Source: an uncultured Bacteroidota bacterium (lineage in GTDB: Bacteria; Bacteroidota; Ignavibacteria; UBA10030; UBA6906). Taken from it: a stretch of 64,000 nucleotides of DNA. The stretch lies in NCBI GenBank assembly GCA_963700635.1, contig CAVOYH010000004.1, forward strand, positions 832,001 through 896,000, read 5' to 3'. Shown here in pieces: positions 49,871-58,759 of this stretch (within the stretch, counting starts at the first letter, position 1; each line of letters starts with the position of its first letter). The position numbers and the translations under genes were made by a program. Under the pieces are notes generated by a model. The model did no database searches. It saw only the letters and a program-made list of their open reading frames with translations, and was not told the DNA's origin.

Positions 49871-50710
49871 ATGAATCTACACGCGTTTGCCGAACAGCTG
49901 AAAGAACGGCGCGACACACACACGCTCGGCCCCCAGCTGAAAGAAAGCACGGAAAACTTTGTTGAAAACCTCCTTGCCCTGTTGTTCCCTCAATTTTGCA
50001 GGGAAAGTTTTACCGGGGTGGAGGAAATTGTGGCACGCCTCACGCTCATGCAGCGTGATCTCGCAACACTGATTGAGCCATTCCTTGCAGACGACGCCGC
50101 AGAGGCAAAAAAGGCAGCACGGGCGTTTGTTGAGGCGCTCCCCGTGATTCATGACCAGCTCTGGCTGGACGCGGAAGCTATCCTTGACGGCGATCCCGCC
50201 GCCGAGAGTCTGGATGAAGTTGTGCTTGCGTATCCTGGTTTCACCGCAATCGCTATGTACCGGTTCTCCCACCAGCTGTATACGCTGGGTGTTCCGGTGT
50301 TTCCACGCCTCCTGACGGAATATGCACACCGGATAACCGGCATCGACATCCATCCGGGGGCGAACATAGGCACACCGTTCGCCATTGACCATGGGACCGG
50401 GATTGTGATTGGTGAATCTACCATTATCGGGAGCCACGTGAAGCTCTATCAGGGGGTGACGCTGGGGGCGCTAAGCGTTGACAAGAAGATGGCCAACTCG
50501 AAGAGACATCCGACAATCGAAGACCACGCGGTAATCTACGCGCAGGCGGTGATCCTCGGGGGAACGACGCGGGTCGGGCACCACAGCATTATCGGCGGCA
50601 ATGTATGGCTTACCGAGAGTGTTCCCCCGTATTCCTTTGTGCATGTGGAACACAACACCATGGTGCGTTCGCAGGATGACAAAAATGTCAATGTCAATTT
50701 TGTAATCTAA
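49871..50710 (+). CDS. cysE: Serine O-acetyltransferase
   Basis: GDPAA, YPG, TGIDIHPGA, IDHGTG, YQGVTLG, KRHPT. Confidence 0.93.
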   Translation: MNLHAFAEQLKERRDTHTLGPQLKESTENFVENLLALLFPQFCRESFTGVEEIVARLTLMQRDLATLIEPFLADDAAEAKKAARAFVEALPVIHDQLWLDAEAILDGDPAAESLDEVVLAYPGFTAIAMYRFSHQLYTLGVPVFPRLLTEYAHRITGIDIHPGANIGTPFAIDHGTGIVIGESTIIGSHVKLYQGVTLGALSVDKKMANSKRHPTIEDHAVIYAQAVILGGTTRVGHHSIIGGNVWLTESVPPYSFVHVEHNTMVRSQDDKNVNVNFVI

Positions 50711-50732
50711 TCGGATGGTCCCCGCTGTTCCC

Positions 50733-50767
50733 GGGGGGCCGGGAGCGATTCTGCCTCCGGCTCCCGG
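50733..50767. terminator. GC-rich hairpin between convergent genes
   Basis: GGGGGGCCGGGAG ... CTCCGGCTCCCG imperfect stem; no clear T run. Confidence 0.35.
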
Positions 50768-50783
50768 TGAGCGGCATGCGGCG

Positions 50784-51446
50784 TTATAAGGTGAGTGTGA
50801 TTCCGGCCATCAAGATTCCCTGAAACTTGGGCTGGTTGACGGCGTCATCGGCCTTCTTAAAATCGTATCCCTGACGAGGGTTCACAGATTCGCCGTCGGG
50901 ACTGTATGACGTGTCGTGGGCGTTCAGCGCGCCGTCGGGATAGTGGTCAAATCCGGCCGTGAGTGTGAACCCGACGTGCTTCCCCATGGGGAAGATCGCT
51001 TTCATACCGGCACCCCACCCCCACTGATTGCTTGTTACGTCAAAATCCTCATTCCCGCCGATGTACTTAAAATTGCCGGTAAACAGTGACCTTCGTACCC
51101 CGACGTAAGCATGCGCATTGTTCATCCCGAGTATCTTGAGCTGGTAAAGAAAATCCAGTCGGAAGTCCCAGGCCCATCCGGATTCCTCCGGTGTGCCATT
51201 TGTCGCGTCATTGATAAACACTTTGCGCGCTTCCGCAGGCTTGCCGGGATCCATGCGTGTGTGTCCCACCCCGAATTCTATTCCCAGAGGGAATCCCTGG
51301 GCAAAATTCGAGAGGGTCGCACTGGTCCTAAATGCGAGCCCTCCTTTGTAGCCGGTGAGGGCCGAAGCAGAAAAATCGGTGGAATGTGATTCTATCGGCA
51401 GTAACACCAGAACTGTAATCGCCAGGGCCGCTAATCGTCTGCGCAT
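50784..51446 (-). CDS. Small outer membrane beta-barrel, resembling Thermus TtoA
   Basis: Signal peptide; strands GYKGG, GFPLGIEFGVG, FRLDFLY, YVGVR, SNQWGWGAG, VNQP recall the TtoA pattern (from memory, not searched). Confidence 0.75.
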   Translation of the reverse strand: MRRRLAALAITVLVLLPIESHSTDFSASALTGYKGGLAFRTSATLSNFAQGFPLGIEFGVGHTRMDPGKPAEARKVFINDATNGTPEESGWAWDFRLDFLYQLKILGMNNAHAYVGVRRSLFTGNFKYIGGNEDFDVTSNQWGWGAGMKAIFPMGKHVGFTLTAGFDHYPDGALNAHDTSYSPDGESVNPRQGYDFKKADDAVNQPKFQGILMAGITLTL

Positions 51447-51614
51447 CTCTCTTCCCTCCATGTCCGTCTGTGAACTGATATTCAAAGCTCCATGCCGAAA
51501 GCTACAGGTTAAACCTAAAGACTTTGTAACGCAAATGCAACGAATCAACGTTGGACTCGATTCATTGATGAGGCAGCGGGCGGAGAGGGGAATCCAGTGG
51601 AAGTGACCGGGATG

Positions 51615-51667
51615 GAAAACAAAAAGAAACACCGGAAGCGCATGTAATCGACATGCACTCCCGGTGT
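51615..51667 (-). terminator. Intrinsic terminator after the octaheme cytochrome gene
   Basis: Minus strand ACACCGGGAGTGCATGT-cgatt-ACATGCGCTTCCGGTGT followed by TTCTTTTTGTTTT. Confidence 0.8.
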
Positions 51668-51686
51668 AAATTGTCGTAGGAGGCGT

Positions 51687-53099
51687 CTACTTTAGAAGCG
51701 CCATCTTCTGCGTCTGGGTGAATTCTGGCGTTACGAGCTTATACAGATACACGCCACTGGGAAGATCCCTTGCATCGAAGGTGATCTGATGCACGCCTGC
51801 CTCGTATTCCCGGTCAGAAACCATAGTGCGCACCTGCTCGCCAAGCACATTATAGACGGTGAGAGTGATGCGGGTTGCTTTTGGGAGCGCAAATTCGATC
51901 TTCGTGCTCGGGTTGAAAGGATTCGGGAAATTCTGTGCCAGCATGAATGACGCCGGGAGGATGTCGATGTTTTCATGGACATCCGTCACTTTTGTCGTGT
52001 CGATCCCGATCTTTGCCAGCTGCGATTTTGTCAGCGGCGTGCCAAAAAGCATATGAGATCCGTCGGCGAGTTGTTTGCCAATCGGCGACCAGTTCTTTGT
52101 CGAAACAACCGGATCAGAAGGATTTCCGTTGTACGTCAGATAGTCCATCCTGAACGAACGTGTGTAATCCGACGGCAACGGAATAATTCCATGGATCCAG
52201 GAAAGGGTGCTGTCCGCGGGATTCCACGTGACGAATTTCATTGCCCCCGTCGCATTGTATTGCGTGATCGCGGCATTCGTTCCACCCATGTTGTTATGGC
52301 ATGCAGGACATCCGCGCCCTGTGGAATCAATCGTGTGGGAGGTGAACGGTCCGAATGCTATCCAGGCAAGTCCGTTGTACGTCAGGCTCTGGAATGTGAC
52401 CGGATAGACTTTGTTGTCTTTGGCCCGGTTCCCGAGTATGACAAAATCGTGGAGCACCTGCCGGTGACGTTTCATTGTCTTTATCTGACTTTCGAGGTGA
52501 CAGCTGAAGCATGTCGTCACTGTGCGTGCGTGGCAGGCCGTGCAGTGAATTTTTCCTGCATGAGGGTCATAGGCGGCGTGACTGGGCAACGGAGCCGTTC
52601 CCCCAGTTGTCTTGTGGCAATCTTCACAGTCCACCGTGATGCCACCCGGTTCCAGCATCGAATTTAATGTTGCGGCTCCCCCGTGCACATCGTCCGAAGT
52701 GTGGCAGTCCCAGCACTTCATCCCGCGATCCCGGTGGACGTCACCATACCCGAGTGTTGCAAATTCAATCTTTTGACGGCTGTGGCAGCCAAGACACTGA
52801 TCCTGACTCAGGGAGTCTTTCGCGAAGATCCCTGTTCTGTGGCAATCGGTGCAGCCGGGCGTATAGGTGCCAGTATAGGCCTGACCGTCTGCATTGGTCG
52901 GACCATGGCATCCCTGGCACTGGAGGCTGTCAATTGGGACATTCGTGAGAGTCTGGAATCCACCGTTTGCCGTCCCGTACCAGTACAATTTTCCAGCGCG
53001 GGTCTTGTGAAGACTCGTGTTAAAATTTCCCTGGGCGAAGGCCATTCCTGCAGCGAGACTGAGCAGGCACACACCAGCGAAGAGACGCGTGATCTTCAT
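51687..53099 (-). CDS. Octaheme c-type cytochrome with C-terminal T9SS type A sorting domain
   Basis: Sec signal ending AFA|Q; eight CxxCH (CQGCH, CTDCH, CLGCH, CWDCH, CEDCH, CTACH, CFSCH, CPACH); CTD LAQNFPNPFNPSTKIEF...YNVLG...LPSGVYLYKL...KMALLK. Confidence 0.93.
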   Translation of the reverse strand: MKITRLFAGVCLLSLAAGMAFAQGNFNTSLHKTRAGKLYWYGTANGGFQTLTNVPIDSLQCQGCHGPTNADGQAYTGTYTPGCTDCHRTGIFAKDSLSQDQCLGCHSRQKIEFATLGYGDVHRDRGMKCWDCHTSDDVHGGAATLNSMLEPGGITVDCEDCHKTTGGTAPLPSHAAYDPHAGKIHCTACHARTVTTCFSCHLESQIKTMKRHRQVLHDFVILGNRAKDNKVYPVTFQSLTYNGLAWIAFGPFTSHTIDSTGRGCPACHNNMGGTNAAITQYNATGAMKFVTWNPADSTLSWIHGIIPLPSDYTRSFRMDYLTYNGNPSDPVVSTKNWSPIGKQLADGSHMLFGTPLTKSQLAKIGIDTTKVTDVHENIDILPASFMLAQNFPNPFNPSTKIEFALPKATRITLTVYNVLGEQVRTMVSDREYEAGVHQITFDARDLPSGVYLYKLVTPEFTQTQKMALLK

Positions 53100-53296
53100 A
53101 TTCATTCTCCCTCGAGAGTTTCGATAAGTGGGATCCTGAAGCCAAGGACCGTTCGGGCACCCGGGGCTCCGAGGGGACTACGCACAAAAGCCATGCCACC
53201 CCAAATCGGGATGATTGACAGAATTCCTGTTTATGATCCCAGCCGATCTTTTGCACAGTTGAGAATCTCCGCCTCCGGATTCCGAAAATTGAGAGA

Positions 53297-55906
53297 TCAG
53301 TCGATGTGGAGCTCGACCTCCCCGCGAATGTCTTCAGAGGAAGATCCGACAAGAATCCCGTAGGCACCCTTTGCGACCCGCCACGTATTCCCGTCTTGAT
53401 CAAACACGGAGAAATCTGAGGGGCGCAGCTGGAAACGGACGGTCTCTTGCTCCCCTTCCTGCAAAGTTATCCGGCGGAAACCTCGGAGATCCTTCAACGG
53501 ACTTCCGACGCCGCTTTGCTTCGCCCTGACGTACAGCTGGACCACCTCGGATCCGCTCCGCAGCCCCGTGTTGGTAATGTCAACGGATATCCAGATGCTA
53601 TCATCGAAGGATGAGGGGATGCTGTTCTGACTCAACCTGACGCCGGAATAAAGAAAGTGCGTGTAGCTGAGTCCATGACCGAATGGGAAAAGGGGTTTGC
53701 CTTCGAAGAACCGATATGTCCTCCCCTTCATCGCATAGTCGGCGAAGCGAGGAAGATCGCCGGTCTTCGCATAAAAGGTTAGGGGAAGCCTGCCTGAAGG
53801 ATTCACATCCCCGAAGAGTATCTCGGCGAGAGCCGTTCCCCCGGCCTGACCGGGATACCAGGCCTCAACCGCAGCAGGAATCAACGCAAGCTCCGGCAGA
53901 GCAAGTGCGCTTCCGTTAAGAAGAACAAGCACGACGGGCTTCCCGAGCGCCACAATGGCACGCAGAAGCCGCCGTTGAGAATCAGGAAGTGTAATGTCTG
54001 TCCGATCACCTCCCAGAAACCCGGGCACCGTCACATTCATCTCCTCTCCTTCTGTGCGCGGAGTGAGTCCGAGGGTCAGGAGAACCAGGTCGGATTCGTT
54101 CGCGGCTGCAATCGCCTTCGCTTCCATTGCAGGATCAGGAATCTCCCAGAGGAGTTGGACAAGCGAGCCGCTCTGCCGGCAGATCCCCTCCAATCGGAGC
54201 GGGTACTGTTTTCCTGCCTCGAGATCGACCGATCCGCAGGATGGCACCTCGCCGGCCCCGGGTGAGAACGTTACAACCGAATCCCCGATCCGCAGGGAGT
54301 ACGAGCGGAAACCGAATGTCCCGAGGTTGTACGTTCCGGACAGTGGAGGTGTTAGCATTCCGCTCCAGCGAACTGCAAAGTCGGCTGAGTCGCCACAATC
54401 CAGAGGAAGTTGCGTACACCACGAAAAGTTGACGGAAGCATCGATGCGGGTTACCGCAGGCTCTCCAGCGGTGTTTCTACCCCTGAAAAAATCCGCACGG
54501 AGTCCCGGTGTGACTGTGTGAAGATCCGTATGCGATAGGTACTCGGGATCGATCACCTGCAGCAACGGCATCCCGTCGGCAAACCTGGCGCCGTGGGCAT
54601 AGGTAATTTTCGTCTCCTTGCCGGCGCGTTTTCTCAACCCTTCAAGGGGCGTCACTGCGCCATCCGGAACGCCGAAATAGTTCCCGAGCAACGAGAGGAC
54701 ATCGTCGGCATTTGGTCCCACCACGGCGATCTGTTTTGGAGGACCCGTGATCGGAAGAATGTTTCCTTCGTTCTTAAGAAGAACGATGGACTTTCTCGCG
54801 GCGTCCAGTGCGAGGTTCCGATGTGGGGCAGATCCGACCGCCGTCATGGGGATAGATGTATACGGCACCATCGCCGGAGGATCGAACATCCCGAGCTTGA
54901 AACGCGCGCGCAGAAGCCGGCCGATTGCGCGGTCGAGTTCAGCCTCGGTGAGGAGTCCACGGTGGACTGCCTCGAGGGGAGCTGCGTCCTGAAAGCTGCA
55001 ATTAAGATCTGTGCCTGCCCGGATGGCGAGGGCTGATGCCTCTGCGGCGTCGTTTCGTACCCGGTGTCCCTTGACAATGTCTCCTATGGCACCGCAATCG
55101 GATGTCACGTACCCTTCAAATCCCCACTCCTTCCGGAGGATCTTATCCAGGAGCGTACTGCTTCCGCAACATGGATCTCCCGCGTACCGGTTATAGGCGC
55201 ACATGACCGATTGCACGTTGGCTTCTTCCACGCACATCCGGAAGTGTGGAAGATAGGATTCTCGAAGGTCACGGACCGACGGCGTGACGTCAAAACTGTG
55301 TCGCTCCGGCTCCGGCCCGCTGTGCACCGCGAAGTGCTTCATTGTCCCCACAACTTTCAGGTAACGGGGGTGATCTCCCTGGAGCCCGCGAATAAATGCC
55401 GCGCCCATTTTGCCCGAGAGGTACGGATCTTCTCCAAAGGTCTCCATCCCCCTCCCCCATCGCGGGTCCCTGAAGAGATTGATGTTCGGTGACCAGAAGG
55501 TGAGTCCCTGATAACGCCCGTGCTGGCCTTTCCTGACAAAGTCATGGTGTTTCGCCCGGGCCTCATCCCCGATGGCTGCACCAATTGCCTCGAGAAGTTC
55601 CACATCCCATGTCGCCGCCAATCCGATGGCCTGCGGGAATACCGTTGCATAGCCTGCGCGAGCGACGCCGTGCAGCCCCTCGCTCCACCAATCGTACGCC
55701 GGGATGCCGAGCCGTTCTATAGCCGGAGCGGCATTAACCCACTGCCCCGCTTTTTCCTCGAGCGTCATGCGGGAAAGAAGGTCTCGCACGCGGTCATCAA
55801 GTGAGACCGAGGGATCTTTGTATGGCGGTATCGATCCCTGTCCGAATACCGGCTGGCTGGTGAAAAGAACCAGCAGGAGCAAGCACAAGCCCGTTTGTGT
55901 TTCCAT
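53297..55906 (-). CDS. GH3 glycoside hydrolase (beta-xylosidase/glucosidase) with PA14 and Fn3-like domains
   Basis: WWSEGLHGV, RDPRWGRGMETFGEDP, KHFAVH, TSDCGA nucleophile, SIVLLKN, WYPGQAGG, PFGHGLSYT. Confidence 0.95.
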   Translation of the reverse strand: METQTGLCLLLLVLFTSQPVFGQGSIPPYKDPSVSLDDRVRDLLSRMTLEEKAGQWVNAAPAIERLGIPAYDWWSEGLHGVARAGYATVFPQAIGLAATWDVELLEAIGAAIGDEARAKHHDFVRKGQHGRYQGLTFWSPNINLFRDPRWGRGMETFGEDPYLSGKMGAAFIRGLQGDHPRYLKVVGTMKHFAVHSGPEPERHSFDVTPSVRDLRESYLPHFRMCVEEANVQSVMCAYNRYAGDPCCGSSTLLDKILRKEWGFEGYVTSDCGAIGDIVKGHRVRNDAAEASALAIRAGTDLNCSFQDAAPLEAVHRGLLTEAELDRAIGRLLRARFKLGMFDPPAMVPYTSIPMTAVGSAPHRNLALDAARKSIVLLKNEGNILPITGPPKQIAVVGPNADDVLSLLGNYFGVPDGAVTPLEGLRKRAGKETKITYAHGARFADGMPLLQVIDPEYLSHTDLHTVTPGLRADFFRGRNTAGEPAVTRIDASVNFSWCTQLPLDCGDSADFAVRWSGMLTPPLSGTYNLGTFGFRSYSLRIGDSVVTFSPGAGEVPSCGSVDLEAGKQYPLRLEGICRQSGSLVQLLWEIPDPAMEAKAIAAANESDLVLLTLGLTPRTEGEEMNVTVPGFLGGDRTDITLPDSQRRLLRAIVALGKPVVLVLLNGSALALPELALIPAAVEAWYPGQAGGTALAEILFGDVNPSGRLPLTFYAKTGDLPRFADYAMKGRTYRFFEGKPLFPFGHGLSYTHFLYSGVRLSQNSIPSSFDDSIWISVDITNTGLRSGSEVVQLYVRAKQSGVGSPLKDLRGFRRITLQEGEQETVRFQLRPSDFSVFDQDGNTWRVAKGAYGILVGSSSEDIRGEVELHID

Positions 55907-55933
55907 GAGAGCTCCCTTCAAGCTACTGGAATC

Positions 55934-58390
55934 TTACCGTACGGTCCACTCATACAACCCCGCAGAAAAACCGTCGGAGAGCGTGATCGAGAGCCGCAGG
56001 TCAGATGTTTCAACGGCATCAAAGGTCACCCGGTTGACGGCGTCTATCCGGGGGATTTTGTCAGAGGGATTGCGGACCGCCTGCCATGTGTCTCCGTCAA
56101 AATAGAGAATCTCCAAGGTCCGCGGGACGCGGCATTCGCCCACGCCGGTGTCGTCAAACCAGTAGGCAGTGACTTCCGAGACTCGCGTGCGTTGTGGGAA
56201 ATGGTACTGGATCCACTCCGTGGTACCCTTTTTGGGCCACCAATGGAAATGAGGGACGGAGGGATCGTATGAACTCGATGGAAGCAGTTGGTCTTTCAAA
56301 GCTTCAGGTCCTCTCCCCCCGGAGGTTGTCAGGACGCTCTGGAACGACAGTGTCGGGGCCGGGGTGGGTTTTGCTGCTCTGACCTTTGCAGCAGGCCAGA
56401 CCGTCATCTGATGTTTTCCGCGGTGTGACCACGCGTAATACGGTATGGCCATAATCATTTTTATCTTTCCGACTTCCGTCCCACCGTCCAGCGTTTTGTG
56501 TGTAGCAAGACCGTAGCCGGAAATTGTCTGGACGCCTCCAAGGAGTTCTGGCCGGAATTCCGTTGTCAACGTCGAAGTGTCCGGTATCACCGTGTCCAGG
56601 ATCCACTCTTCTGATTGATCAGGGCCTTCGAGGCAAAACACAATGGGACCCCGCTCCAGCGCAACCTTGTCTCTGTCATCGGCGATCTTCTTATGCCCGA
56701 CGACACGGTGGACGGACATCGGTAGGTCCAGGTCTATCCGGTCATTGTTCTTCCACGTGCGGGAGACAAGTGCGTAACCCTGCTCCATAGTAACCTTCAC
56801 GGGAGCTCCGTTTACGCTCAGCGTCACCCGGGCGGGGGCCGCATTCTGATAGGTGTAGAGGTCCCCAGGAACAGGTTTTCCAAGCGCCCAGCCCGGGATC
56901 CGGAGACGCACTGCAAAGGAATCAGGAGCGGTGAGACCCATGGTGAGAGACACCCCGCCATCCCAAGGATACTTTGTTCTCTGGTTGAGCTGAAGCGTGC
57001 CTGCGCCCCTCCTGATTGTCGCAGTCCCACCGATATACAGATTTACATAGACATCATTCTTGCTTACGGCATACGCGTATCCCGGAAGCGACGCGACAAA
57101 TCGTACATCGTTTGAAGGGCAACACGCGCATGTAAACCAGGGCGACCGTTCGGCGCCGTTAAGAGATTCCAGCGGATTGGGATAGAAGAACCTGTCACCG
57201 GTCATGGAAACACCCGAGAGGAATCCATTGTAGATTACCCGTTCAACGATGTCCATATACTTCGCATTCCCGTGGTGCAGGAACATCCTGTGGTTCCAGT
57301 AGACAAGTGCAATGCCGGCGCATGTCTCGCAGTAGGCGCTGAGATTGGGCAGCTCGTACTGCGGCCCGAACCCTTCGATGGTCCCGACGGCGCCAATACC
57401 CCCCGTGATGTACAGTTTGTGTGAAACAACATCTTCCCATATCCTGTCCAGTACGGGTATGTAGCCGCTGCCTTTCTTAAAGGCGGCCACATCGGCCATT
57501 CCGGCGTACAGGTAACCCGCTCTTACCGCATGCCCGACCGCTTCCGTCTGTTCGAGGACAGGGATATGGTCCTGGTTGTACGTTTCACCCGGTGGGGTAC
57601 TTCTGCCCCGTTCGTGAATGAAAAAGTCGGCAAGTTCCAGGTACTGTGAATTGCCGGTAACCTGATAGAGCTTTATCAGGCCAATTTCTGTCACCTGGTG
57701 CCCCGGGACGGTGCGCATCTTGTCCGGACCGAAAGTCGCAACGAGAAGATCGGCGCTTTTGAGAGCCACGTTCAGCAGCGTGCGTTTACCTGTTGCGTAG
57801 AAATGTGCCACTGCCGCCTCGTACAGATGACCCACATTGTAGAGCTCATGACTACTCTTCATCCGGTCATTCACCCATCGTTCCTTTGCCCATGAAGCCT
57901 CCGGCTTCATGGTTCGCATGGTGTACAGATAGCCGTCCTGCTCCTGCGCCCGTGCCACTTTCGCGATCAGCGTGTCCATACGGGCATCGAGGGCCGCATC
58001 GTAGCGCGTGTGGAGTGCGTACGCTACACCTTCCATAACCTTGAAGACATCGGAATCATCAAAGCCGTACCGGCTGCAGAATTTCCCGTCCGGGAGAATC
58101 CCCCGCAGAACGCTGTCCGCAATCTCGAAGTTTCGGATTCGCCCGGTGAGTTCACATTGAGCCAGAGCATGCGGAATGGAAACAACCCGGTTGGTCTCCA
58201 GTCGTTTCGACCAGAATGCATCATCCACCCGCACGTCCGTGAACAACACCGGTTGCAGTGGATATCCCGGCTGTTGCGCGAAGAGAGGCAGTGTCGCGAA
58301 AAAGAGAAGCGCCAGAGAATGCAGGAACAGTGAGCAAGTTCGGACGGAGTTTTTGATCCGGGATTTGTTGTGGGGGGAGGTGGGGTTCAT
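55934..58390 (-). CDS. GH127 beta-L-arabinofuranosidase family protein with C-terminal beta-sandwich
   Basis: DSDVFK, HELYNVGH, GHAVRA, YITGGIG, YCETCA, FFYPNPL, WFTCACCPSN. Confidence 0.93.
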   Translation of the reverse strand: MNPTSPHNKSRIKNSVRTCSLFLHSLALLFFATLPLFAQQPGYPLQPVLFTDVRVDDAFWSKRLETNRVVSIPHALAQCELTGRIRNFEIADSVLRGILPDGKFCSRYGFDDSDVFKVMEGVAYALHTRYDAALDARMDTLIAKVARAQEQDGYLYTMRTMKPEASWAKERWVNDRMKSSHELYNVGHLYEAAVAHFYATGKRTLLNVALKSADLLVATFGPDKMRTVPGHQVTEIGLIKLYQVTGNSQYLELADFFIHERGRSTPPGETYNQDHIPVLEQTEAVGHAVRAGYLYAGMADVAAFKKGSGYIPVLDRIWEDVVSHKLYITGGIGAVGTIEGFGPQYELPNLSAYCETCAGIALVYWNHRMFLHHGNAKYMDIVERVIYNGFLSGVSMTGDRFFYPNPLESLNGAERSPWFTCACCPSNDVRFVASLPGYAYAVSKNDVYVNLYIGGTATIRRGAGTLQLNQRTKYPWDGGVSLTMGLTAPDSFAVRLRIPGWALGKPVPGDLYTYQNAAPARVTLSVNGAPVKVTMEQGYALVSRTWKNNDRIDLDLPMSVHRVVGHKKIADDRDKVALERGPIVFCLEGPDQSEEWILDTVIPDTSTLTTEFRPELLGGVQTISGYGLATHKTLDGGTEVGKIKMIMAIPYYAWSHRGKHQMTVWPAAKVRAAKPTPAPTLSFQSVLTTSGGRGPEALKDQLLPSSSYDPSVPHFHWWPKKGTTEWIQYHFPQRTRVSEVTAYWFDDTGVGECRVPRTLEILYFDGDTWQAVRNPSDKIPRIDAVNRVTFDAVETSDLRLSITLSDGFSAGLYEWTVR

Positions 58391-58759
58391 CCTCTATAAC
58401 CTTTCCAGAGCGCCATCGCCGGGGAACATGAGCCGGGCTTTGGTGGGTGCCCGTTATCCCTACGGCCTGGTCGCGCTACTTCATGTGAAGAATCAACAAC
58501 GGAAATTGCCGGGTTCCCGGGTGCAGAGTACCGGGAAAGTGTTTAAAACGAAGGGCACACTCCAGCAGCGGGTGCACTCCTCCGGGATCCATAGATGAGT
58601 ATGCAGGGGCAAAGATACAAAGGGGAAGGTAAAAAAGACAGTCTCGTACATCACTTTCCCTGTCGCGTGATACGAGGCTTTGTGCTGTGGCTCTTGATGC
58701 AATGTCACGGCATAAACCTGACCGCGTGGGGGCCCTACTCTCTTCATGCGCCACCAGCT

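Noticed and set aside
50784-53099. MtrAB-type porin-cytochrome conduit
   Set aside because: The barrel is only about 200 aa, a terminator separates the genes, and the cytochrome has a T9SS sorting domain instead
58391-58759. 369-bp gap upstream of GH127, with short ORFs on both strands, checked for a riboswitch or small gene
   Set aside because: No riboswitch consensus, convincing SD-ATG or protein motif recognised; an Rfam search would be needed
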